From Podarcis cretensis (Eukaryota), in assembly GCA_951804945.1 (NCBI GenBank), contig OX638157.1:22072001-22136000 (forward strand): a DNA stretch of 64,000 nt. Direction: 5' to 3'. Position 1 is the first letter of the stretch. Each line of letters begins with the position of its first letter. The position numbers and the translations under genes are program-made. This document shows positions 38,901 to 50,469 of this stretch, piece after piece. The notes under the pieces were generated by a model. The model did no database searches. It was not told where the DNA came from and saw only the letters and a list, made by a program, of their open reading frames with translations.

Positions 38901-40754
38901 TGCTTTGCACATTTTTATCCTTTTCCTTTTCAAGGCAGTGCTCAAAGTTCTCCTCCTGAAAGTTCATGCAGCGAACTTCATGGCTGAGTGGTGACTGGAA
39001 CCCCAGTCTCTCCAGACTTAATCCAATACTCCGACCACTCAACAGGAAAAGGGTTTAATCCAAATTCCCCAGAAAGATGTTGGGCTTATCACCCTGTGTG
39101 CAGAATATGGTTATCTGTCTTTAAACTTCAACTTTCAGTTGAAGGAGCACATTTCTCCATATGCCACAACCCATAGTTTATGACTGGGGGATGAGACCCT
39201 TCTCTCAGCACTCCTGCTGTGGGTGGCAATGAGAATGAGAACACAAGAGAAATCTTTCTCTACTGCAGCAGCCCATCTTTGAAACTCCCCCCTGGGGAGT
39301 CTCCTTCTCTGGACATTAAATTCTTAGACGGAATTTAAAGACAATTTTTATTTGTTCATTTCTTCAGAAGAAGACTGGAAAATTCAGGCACTACAGGTCT
39401 TAAAAACCTGCCATTTTCATTGTTGTTTTGTATAAGGTCTTTTCAGACTTTATGTTGTTAGTTGCCCTGGGGATCCTTCATTTAGGAAAGGAAGAATATA
39501 AACTTAATAAATTAAACATAAAGCTTCAACAAATGCCCTGAAATCATGGTAGCATTTGCACTTTTCCTCTTCTACTTCTGTGCTACATCCACTTACTGCT
39601 CTTGGATTCTTATATTAGCCATTGGATGTGGATCATGAGCAAAATGATTCTTTGGATAACTATAGCCTAAAAAAGGTTCCATTCTTTGCTAATCAGAGAC
39701 TAATACACCTAGATTTACACCACCCGAGAACTGCAGCTGATAATGAGGCTAAAATAGTACTCCAAATTATGGGATCACCAAAACTTAATACTTGCAGGCT
39801 TTAGTTATGAGCAAAAAAGTAGGAGAGCATTTATGCTTGGTTATCTTAATGTTCTGTCATTTTGCTAAGTGGCCCATTTAGTAAAGCTCACTTAATGAAC
39901 AGCTTTGTACCTGTGGAATCAAGAGAAACATATCTGTGGACTATATTCTTTCATATTAGTGAGAGGCTAACACTTCCTTTCTTAAGAACTCTAACAATAA
40001 GGCACACTGAAATACTGTTATCTTGTGGTTTATGGGATGACTCTTATTGCACTACTAAAGAGGTAGATTTTTTAAAAGTCTTCAATACAAATTATAAAGC
40101 AGATGATAAAATAAATTTTCTGTTGGCTCCCCTGTTAATCTTATGTTTTCTTTGTAAATTCATTATCTGAAGTCTATCAACTTTTACTGTTCTGTGACCA
40201 TGATAAAATATGTCTCTCCCACTAACCACTACACTATGAAGATTTACAATACTTGCATCTGCTGAACTTAGCTGTGGCCAACAAATAATTCCTCACCCAA
40301 GAAGGCTAACATCATGTATTAGTTTTCCCCACTCCTCTCACAGTGCTGGGGACCCTAAGAACTAATTTAGGTGCTTACCAAAAGACGTGGACTAGAATTT
40401 TATAACAGGGAAGCCCACAAGTTACTTTTAGAAGTCCTCTTTAATTTCAAAAGTAACCACCGAGTTGCATGAAGGGGTAGCTGTTAGAGAAATCCATGTC
40501 CAAAGGTGATCAAAATGGTTGCATACTTCCTCTAATTCCAGCCAAAATGCAAACGTTGTTTTACAGTGCCATGATTAGACATTAACACATTGAAATACAG
40601 TTTCAGGTTTTGAGAAAATAAGATGAACTAACTCAAAATTTGGTAAAAGTAATGTTTTCATTATTCAAAATTTTGACAAATGAAATTTAGATAAGTAACT
40701 ATGGCCAGAAAACATGCACACACTTTGCCTGCAATAATTCAATGGTGCATTTCA

Positions 40755-41105
<351 letters not shown>

Positions 41106-41639
41106 CTAAATCCTTACCTAGGGCTTATTGTAATGTTTTAGGGCCTAAACAACTTGCATCAGACTGGTCTAATGTGGTATTGCCTACAATGGGTGCACTG
41201 GCATGATCCACCAAACTAGGCTTCCTATGGTTGAGTCTGCAGATGTTGGACTACAACCCCCAATAACCTTAGCGTTGTATGGTCAAGGAATCCGGGGATC
41301 TGGATCGTGTCCAAAGCCCAGAGAGGGGCTAGGGCCATGCCAGGACCCCCCAAGAACCCCAGGGGTGAACACCAGTCAATATACATTGATGGAGTTCCCC
41401 CCGTTGGTTGTTTACCCTTCCCGGCTTCCTGCAAGGTGGGGCAGGAGCCAGATATAGTTTTGATACCAATGCCTACGTCAATACCAGTCACATTTGTTTA
41501 TTTTAATAAAGTTGTGGCCAAAATTTGCCCATTAACATTTAAACTAAATTCTGTCTCCACTTTCCATGGGGGATGGGTTTTGGGGCTCGAAGCACAAGTT
41601 CTAGTGTTCTGAAGGAAGGAGGAAAAACTTTTACCTGTC

Positions 41640-42245
41640 TACTTTCTTCATGTTATGCATAATTCTATACATAATTCTTCTTGTTATGCATGATTTTATA
41701 TCACACCACCTCTTTCTCAAACTAAAATGTCCCAATATTGCAAAACCTTTCCTTATAGGGGAGTTGCTCCACTTCCTTCATCATTTTGGGTTGCCCGTTT
41801 CTGAACCTTTTCCAACTCTACAATGTCCTTCTTGAGTGAGATGACCAGAACTGTACATAGTATTCAAAAAGCGACTGCACTATAGACTTGTATAGCATTA
41901 TCATGAGATCAACAGTTTTATTTTCAATTCCTTTCCTAATGATCCCCAGCACCAAATGATTTTCTCTCAGCTGATGCACACTGGGATTAAATCTTCATTG
42001 AGTTATCGTCAACCCTAAGGTCTCGCTCCTGGTCAGTCACTCACTGACAGTTTAGACCCCCTGAGTGTATATGTGAAATTAATAACCCCCCCTACATGCA
42101 TCACTTTACTCTTGTTTACACTGAATTGCATTTGCCATTTTACTGCCTTTTCACTCAGTTTGGAGAGGTCCTTCTGGAGCTCTTTGTAATCCCTTCTAAC
42201 AATCCTGAACGGTTTTGCATCATTAGCAAACTTGGCCACTTCACT
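41640..42245 (-). mobile_element. CR1 LINE RT-region fragment
   Basis: ORF 42033-42239 gives KFANDAK...ELQKDLSKL...KWQMQFSVNKSKVMH, a degenerate CR1 KFADDTK...WQM.FN..KCKVMH. Confidence 0.8.
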
Positions 42246-43049
42246 GCTTCACACTTCTTTATTTACGGAGATCATACACTACTGAGTGATAAATGTCTCA
42301 AAATTAAGACTTAGAAGAAGAAAAAAGCCACTTATTTACAGGGAAAGAAAATTATGGTGTAGTACAAGTGCTTTTAACGAGGTTGCACTAAAATTTACCA
42401 TGCCATACAATACAAACATTACTCATATTTCATTGTCTTTTTCCCCACAGCATTGCAAATGCTACCCTGACTCACTATCTAAAGGAAAACTGCAAATTAA
42501 CCTTCTTTCCCCTCCTCTAATCATTAGGACAGCCCTTGCCTGACAGCTACAAGAAATCAATGTGGCAACTATTGCAATGGGGACTTTCTTGGGGCCCTTA
42601 CTCACATTGGTTGATATATGAAACCAATGTTACTACTGTTAAAGCAAATTATTCCTTGTTTTTCCTCTTATTCTTCTACATCTAGTAAGTGGCTTGAGGA
42701 TTTCAAAACACAAAACGCATGTGTGTCAACTTTATTCTAATTCTATTGCTCTGAGCTCACTGATGGCCATTTTCATGTTATTTGTCTGCCATAGATTTCC
42801 AATAGTTATATTCCACCTTTGAAAGAATATGTAATAAACACAGCTAAATGAGGGGAAGGGGGGAGTCATGAATATATGAGGGAAAAAAGTTACTGCAACT
42901 TCAGAAACAGCAATCCAAAAAGAAAAACAGCAGTAGTCATATGTAAATTTAAAATCAAGAGTTCTTAAAATGCCGGTTGAAATAACACAGTTTTTGCTAT
43001 ATGAGAGGGTAGGTGTAACCATTGTGTGATAAACGGGTAGAACACTTGA

Positions 43050-43480
43050 GACTTTTTCATTTAGATAAAGGTGAGTCAAGGAGGATGACAGAGGTGCGTA
43101 AAATTTTGCACAGTGTGGAGAGAGTTGACCGGTAGTTTTTCTCCATGTTTCATAGTACTGGTCATCTGCTGAAACTGAATTGTGGGAAATTCAGGACAGA
43201 AAAAAAGAGGACTTCTTCCTACAGCACATAGTTAAACTATTAAATTCTCTTCCAACAGATATCATAGTGGTCACCAACTTGGATGGTTTTGGAAGGGGAT
43301 TAGAGAAATTCCTGGAGGAAAAAGCTATCAACTGCCTCTAGTGGATACTACTGAACACCACCTTCTAGCGACCAACGAAAGATACCTTGCTTGTGGACTT
43401 CCCCAGAGGTATCTGGTTGGCCACAAGAAGAAGAATCCCATACTAGATAGGTCTTTCAACAGAAGCCAGCAGGGCCCTTT
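43050..43480 (+). mobile_element. CR1 LINE 3' fragment
   Basis: aaattcaggacagaaaaaaag...acttcttc...gttaaactat...ggattagagaaattc is typical of the CR1 3' end. Confidence 0.7.
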
Positions 43481-46400
43481 AGATTTTTAGAAGGGGCTCA
43501 GGATTGTTCTCAGGTAAGCCCGCATAAGGAAGAAAATGTCCATGAATGAAAATGCATCCATAGTTTACTATATAAAAAGCAATGGCAGATGTATACAGAG
43601 ATCAGGCAGTCAAGGCAAGCAGGAGAAGGCAGTGGTGCTGGCCTTCAAACTTTAAATATGCAGAACATAGTAAACATCATGAGATGAAGTGGGCCTGAAA
43701 CATAGGCTATTCACTTTGCAAAGCAACACATTTCAGAGGGCAATAGGAAACAGGGAAATTTGTTGTATAACCAATATAACCTTCTTATATTCAGAAGCCA
43801 GAGACACTGTTTTCAACAAGGGTTACTCCCAGGTAAGCATAGATAGGATTTATGCCTAAATCAAAAATAAGCTTCTATCATTTCCTCATTCATAAAACAA
43901 CTATTTGTTCAAATAATCAAATCCAACATTAAATAAATGACATCAAATGCAGAATTTGCTTATAGTGAAAAATAGAACTCCAAATAAAAAACCCCTACAT
44001 ACTTTATCCCATCTCCAGTAAAGAGAACCAATAACTAACCCTTGCATTCCAATAAAAAATAATTATTAGACAACTTAATTAAAACGAGTATTTAAAATCT
44101 AATGAAATGTCTTAAGATTCTATTTTTTTTATCAAAAGCAATTTCTGTAGCTCCTATTAAGAACACTGCGATTTCTCTGCTCTGCACAATTTAGTTTAAT
44201 AAAGCCATTAGATCCATTTTACCAGCTTACCTCTCAGTTAATGCAATCAAAATGTATACACAGTACAACTTTATTATGACAGAAAATACATTTTGAGAGA
44301 AAGAGGAGGAAAAAATCGGCACAGTAGGAAAGTATCTGAATGCAGTTATCCTTTCATGATCTGATTTCTTCAATGGCTGCAAATGGATGCAATATTATTT
44401 ATTGGGTTTCGAGATGAAAGCTTGCTTTGCCGCCCACAGATACTTATTAAATATTTTATCTTGAAAGCTGCAAAAACAGAGCCCAAGGGCTTTTAGAGGA
44501 GAGCTCTCCCGTTTAACTTACAGGGAACACTCTTCTTGCTATTATGCTACAAGCTGCTATTGGCCCTGCTACTCTGGGGTGAGGTCAGGCCAAATAGGCT
44601 CCTTCATGAAAACACACATGCTCAGACAGTCTTCAGTCACATGGCATCATAGTGCAACATCCGTATGAGGGGGGGGGGACCCACACCAAGTGGTTGAATT
44701 TAAGCCTTTAACAGCTGCTCCTTGTGGTTGTTTCTGGATAAGAACTAGTATATCCCACAGTGAAATTCTTAAAAGAACCCCCCTCTTAACTGAAATGCAT
44801 TGCAGCTGCACTATGTCTCTCCCATCAATTTACAGACCACCTTGCTTCCTGGTGCCATTTAAACAACGCAACTTTTTCTTGCACACACCCCTTTCTCCCC
44901 ATATCTCCAAAACTTTCTGCCATAATGAGTTGTCATGTGCATCAGCAATGCTGTAGTATATAGCAGTGAAAATATATTTATATTTGTTTCATGCTGTATA
45001 GCAGAAATTGCTTCAACATTTCAAGTTGTTTTAATGGGGTAACTTGACAGATTGCACAAGCTGCAACCCATCCCATCTAGATGCAAAAAATAAAATAAAA
45101 TAAAATAGTTTCTTCATCAAGCATATATTTGATGGTTGGCTGAAATAAATGACTGGGGTGGTGCATTTGGCTCTGGTGCCACATTCTGTGTTAACAGTTA
45201 CCACTTCCTCCTCCTGCTTCCTGTCTTATCAAAGCAGCTTCAAGCATGCCAGAGTTTGTTTTGTACATGTGCACACAAGAGGCCGGTTCACATATGGAAG
45301 AGTGCATTCTATATTTTTGGCTGAATTCCACTGGCTAATTTAAAATCTGCAGTGTGAGCTACAAATAAAAAGATGACCCATCATCCCCAGATAAAATCTC
45401 AGTGGGATACTTCTACAAAGAATGGGAAACATGAATGGGAAATGAAACAAGGAGGTTTAGAAACAGTTGCTGAGTTCATGGCATCCTTTCTTCAGGAGAC
45501 ACTGAATTTCAGAGCAGCTTGCTGTTATTGCTCTTAAAGCCAATTACAAAGATAACTATGAGGTATTTAAAACCTCGTAGTTTAATCTCAATTTTGTCTA
45601 TGGGCAAGAGGAAAGCAACAATTACAACCTATATGTTCAAAGAGGCCACCACATCTGGACTTGCTTGACACATACATTTCATCGGTAGATAACCTCATTG
45701 TTTGTTAGCAGTTTACAAACATAAGACCCAGCAAAAGGCATATCTAATCCAGTATCCTGTTTCTTACTGTGGTTAACCAGATGCTGTGTCTCTGCCCATA
45801 AGCAGGACATAAGCTTGCCCAGGAAAGATACAACTGCACCCAGCTTTTGACAGTCTGCTCCACAGAAGGGTTCTATAGACCTTCATCAAATCAGAAAGAA
45901 ACTGAGAGAATGCTCCAAAATGGTAAAGAAAACATTCAGATACAGTATGATTTCCAATGCTGAGCAAGTACTGACAGATACATACAGCTGACAAGACCAT
46001 GTGCTGTCAAAACTAAAATTTCACAAGTAGCATCTTGTTGTCAAAACTGATGTTTAAGCCGTGTGCATCTTTTTGTATTACACCTCCCTGCAAGAGATTT
46101 GCTAAAAATAAAAGAAAGCCTAGCCTGCTTAGATAGCATCTTTATGTTCCATGAAGCATGTCTAATAACTTTATCAAGGACATTTATGGACATTTGCAAC
46201 ATCACGTACATTGCAAACAGTACACAGTCAACAATAAATAGGGAGAGAACAAGAAAACATGCATTTAATAACTCTTTTTCTGATGAAAATTGTTTGGGGT
46301 AGGCTTGTGTTTGATGAATTAATATGACATTAAGCACATTATTAAGAGGGAGAGATTATCTAAATAAATTATCTAAAGATTTATTTGTTTACCAAAGACC

Positions 46401-48539
46401 TAAAGAATTTTGCCCTGGAAGGTTTTGATACAATGTAAGCTTGAAACCTGAGTCCAATTGATTGTCCAATTTTCTAAAAATCAGTAATGAATTTCTGAAG
46501 AGAACTGTTAAGAATTTGGCATGCATCCTCTGATAAAGTACTCTCGGAGCATCCTAGGATTAATAAACTGAATTGGGGCAATGGAAAAGTGTATGGTTAG
46601 ATGTCCTCCCATGATCATATGAATTTCCTTATATGAGTTTGCCAATAAAACCTTTGAATAAATACAAACAGCACAGCAGAAATTCTTTGTGAACCTATCA
46701 GGCTCATAAGGGGGTGGCATTTAAATGACTCTTTTCCTTCTTAGAAATATTTTCACAGGGTGGGGCAGCACAGGCTACATTTGCGTGCCGTCTTCATTTC
46801 CCCAGAATGCCTCTGGGCCATGTGTGACATTCTGAGGAAATGACAATTGCTGAAGCTTGAGACTTTGTGCCAGCTGATGCTTCACTTCAGGTATTTCTCA
46901 TTCTCTTTGCCCTCCCAATTTTTTGCACGGATGTTGCAATGGTGTGCTTTGAAGACTTCAAGCTCTGCTCTGAACTAAGGGACGCATTCAGAATTCAAAT
47001 CAAAACCAACCCCAGCATCTCCAATGTTGCTGATGGCTCCCTGGGACTTTCCTGTGCCTCCAGCTGTGGAACATCACAACAGATTCTTGTTCCCTCCCAG
47101 AGACATATTGTGCTCCTTTTCCCTCCTGGCAAGTCCTGTGTCTACCCCCCAGCCTTGGATGGATCCCTCTCTTCAGTTAGCATCCTGCTTGTGCATGGCT
47201 GGCTAAAGGTAGCTGAGTGGGGTACACAGCCTCTCACAGGATGAAGAACTCAAGCTGCCTGTAGACGAGACAATGTGCTTGGAGTCAAAGCCCAAACCAG
47301 GAGCAGTAAGTTAGGGAGTCCTGCCCTGGCACACCCACTGATTCCACTCAAGGTTTGGTGGAGGGAACAATTCACCCATGGCACCTCTCTATTTACTCTA
47401 TTTCCCCCCCTTACTAAAAAAGATTGGGAGAAGTGCAGCAGGGAATTTGCAAAGTGATCTCTTTCCAGCTGCATTTGCCTCTTGTTAAGAAGCCAAAACA
47501 ACAACAAGAACAACCTGGCAGTGTGACTGATGATGTAGCATTAGGCTGGCCAGATAAAAGTTTCCAAAGTAAGAGACACTGGAGCTATTGATGTCTGTAG
47601 CACGTCTGTGCAAGAGTGGATGGGCAGAAAGGGAGAATCCAGTCCATTCAAAGAGATCTGGGATCTTTTGAAATACCAGGTGCTCTTCTTTAAAAATATA
47701 ATTACACCCCCTCTATCTACCATTGCTCCCTTCAAAGTATCAGAAGGATCTGTGAGAAACACACATAATCTGGCTGTGATGTTTCTTACTTGGCATTCTT
47801 TACTCTACTCCGTGACTCTCTGCTGGGACCTCCCTGTGATCAAATGCCTTCTGAAGTGCTTCTTTTGCTCCTACCATGGCTATAGAGAAAGGATAGAACT
47901 CACACACTTATTTAAAGTGCCTCTGTTTTGATTTGTTGAAGAAAACTACTCTTCACGATGAATGCATCCTTTCAAACATGGACTGGATCTCAGATCAAAC
48001 CTAAAATGGAATGCAGGAGAGAGCATGGGAGACTTGACTAGATCAGATTCTACTTGATGTTATGCAGGTTTCAGATTACACCTAGCAATCTCTCATCATG
48101 TGGAAGTAAAAAACTGACTGTCTCTAAGCATATATGAGTTTCTGTGTCTCCAAAGGATCTCCCGCAGTCCTGTATAGCTGTAATTCACAGCACAATCCTA
48201 TACATGTCTAGACAAGCTTCCCATTAAGAAACATGTGTCCATGGCAGTGGTAGCAGATGATGATAAAGATGATAACAGCAACAACAGCAGTATAGCTATC
48301 AAATTGTCAAGGTTGTCAAGGGGGAGAAACATTCACTGTATGTTTTGTATTGAAGTGAAGCAGGACAATGGGGCTCCCTTGAGTCCTGTGTCCAAAATTA
48401 CCTGAGCCGCATCACTAGAACAGACGCCACAGAATATTATTTGTATGGGACTACATAACCAGTGAGGTATCTGAAAGACACAATCTCTAACTGAGATCCT
48501 TCAAAACACTGAATAGTGTAGAAACACTTTCCCTACATG

Positions 48540-49025
48540 TAGGTTAGATTACTGCAACATGGCATACGTGGAGCTGCCTCTGAAGATGGTTTGGAAACTT
48601 CAGCTGGTGCAGAATTCAGCAGCAAGGTTGCTCACCAGGACAAGACAGTTTGAGCATATAATGCCAGTTCTGGCCAAACTACACGTGCTGCCAGTTAGTT
48701 TCCAGGTCCAATTCAAAGTTCTGGTTTTTATCTATAAAGTCTTAAATGCTTCAGGTTTGCAATATTTTAAGGACCACCTCTCCCCATATTAACCAACCTA
48801 GACCATGCAATCACCCTCTGAGGCCCTTTTTCACGTGCTTCCTCCATGAAAGGTCTGGAGGGTGGCAACACAAGAGAGGGCCTTTTTGTGGTGGCTCCTT
48901 GCTTGTGGGATCCTCTCCCCAGGGAGGCTTGGCTGGTGCCTTTGTTACATATATTTAAGCACCAGGCAAAAACATTCCTCTTCTCCTGGGCCTTTGGCTA
49001 ATTAAACAATCCATGGTCTTCAAAA

Positions 49026-49067
<42 letters not shown>

Positions 49068-49170
49068 TGGATTTTGTTTGTTACTATGTTATTTTGTGTT
49101 TGTATATTATAAACCACCTTGTGATGCTCGGATGAAGATTGGTATAGAAATTTAATAAATAAGAATAATA
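48540..49170 (+). mobile_element. L2 LINE 3' fragment containing a (CT)n(GT)n microsatellite
   Basis: ORF 48559-48792 gives LPLKMVWKLQLVQNSAARLLT...HIMPVLAKLH. Same subfamily as the 16.0-16.4 kb copy. Confidence 0.85.
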
Positions 49171-49983
49171 CTGAATCCAGTATAAACAATCCGAAGGACA
49201 ATTGTTGTGCTGCACTCTATGCAATTCCTTAATATATGGAGCAGAACAAGACTGTCAATGGATTCATTTTATCAGTCTGTTGCTATCCTTTACAGAGTAT
49301 CTATAGAGAGTATAAAAACATATTAAGGAAATAATATATTCTGCAGTGTTCACTTCGTGACATTTTAAAACGGAAGAGCTCTCAAACACAACTGAACCCT
49401 TTGTTAACAAAAATATACTTTTCATCCTTCTCATGTATTATCAGACAGGGCTCTGTTTAGATATTCCAGCCACTGGAATCGAGATTATTAATTATTAGGA
49501 GCAAGGTTTATTCAGCAGTAAAATGATTTCTCCAGAACAATCTGTCATTCCTGCTTGCTTATGGTTTTTTGAAGGATGGCCTATTTCTGACCCGCTAAGA
49601 AGTGGAGAGTTAATTAATTTTACACGGTCTCATTCTACTGCTGGTTTGTGAGCCAGCATGTTCTACAGATTTACTTAAAACACACAATAGTGTAGCTGAA
49701 AAAATGCTTAACTTTGGTTTTACATGTTTTTGATGGATTCCCTGCTCTTCAAATAATAAACTTCTTTGAGATCCTTCATTCAGTCAAGAGTGTGTGTAAA
49801 TTAGGATTGTGAGATGATGCACAATAAGGAGGTCTTGAAAAAGCACATACCGTAGTTGGTAGCAGACAGTAGAATTCAAACACAACAACAGAGATTTATT
49901 AAAACAAATGGCACCAACTATAGCCATAATCCAGAAAAGGTGAGGCAACTATCTATGTTCAAATGCTTTCAGACGAACAGTTA

Positions 49984-50193
49984 CAGATAGGTAGCCATGT
50001 TGGTCTGCCATAGTCAAAACAAAATAAAAAAATTCCTTCCAGTAGCACCTTAAAGACCAACTAAGTTAGTTCTTGGTATGAGCTTTCGTGTGCATGTGTA
50101 TCTGAAGAAGTGTGCATGCACACGAAAGCTCATACCAAGAACTAACTTAGTTGGTCTTTAAGGTGCTACTGGAAGGAATTTTTTTATTTTGTT
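49984..50193. mobile_element. Penelope-like retroelement remnant (inverted pseudo-LTR structure)
   Basis: Perfect 81-bp inverted repeat (50016-50096 / 50115-50195). Motifs ggtagccatgttggtctg, gtagcaccttaaagaccaac and ctgaagaag...cgaaagctc. 17-bp flanking direct repeat tttcagacgaacagtta at 49967-49983 / 50194-50210. Confidence 0.85.
50098..50135 (+). ncRNA. Minimal type-I hammerhead ribozyme motif of a Penelope-like element
   Basis: Stem I GTAT/ATAC, core CTGAAGA(A), stem II GTGTG-catg-CACAC, GAAA, vestigial stem III with palindromic AGCT, and putative cleavage after CUC (50131). Confidence 0.7.
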
Positions 50194-50400
50194 TTTCAGA
50201 CGAACAGTTAGACATGTCAGTATTTTTTAATATATCCCAATGAAATAAACTGAATGTAAGAATGCTTAACTGTGGGTGAAGCTGATGTTTTTGTGTTTGT
50301 GATTGTATCATTGATTGCTGTGTTATTGTGGGGTTGTTTGGTTGCCACTATGCTGGGCTATTTGTGGACACAATTTGCACCATCCTAGAGTCACTGGTGA

Positions 50401-50469
50401 TGAGTGCCGCAACCCCAGAGTTGGTCACCACTGGACCTAATGGTCAGGAGTCCCTTTACCTTTACCTCT
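50401..50469 (+). mobile_element. Severely 5'-truncated Sauria SINE
   Basis: gccgcaaccccagagttggtcaccactggacc...cctttacctttacc. 13-bp TSD gagtcactggtga at 50388-50400 / 50470-50482. Confidence 0.85.

Noticed and set aside
38779-38994. ORFs with IYLS repeats
   Set aside because: Translation of the (ATCT)n microsatellite.
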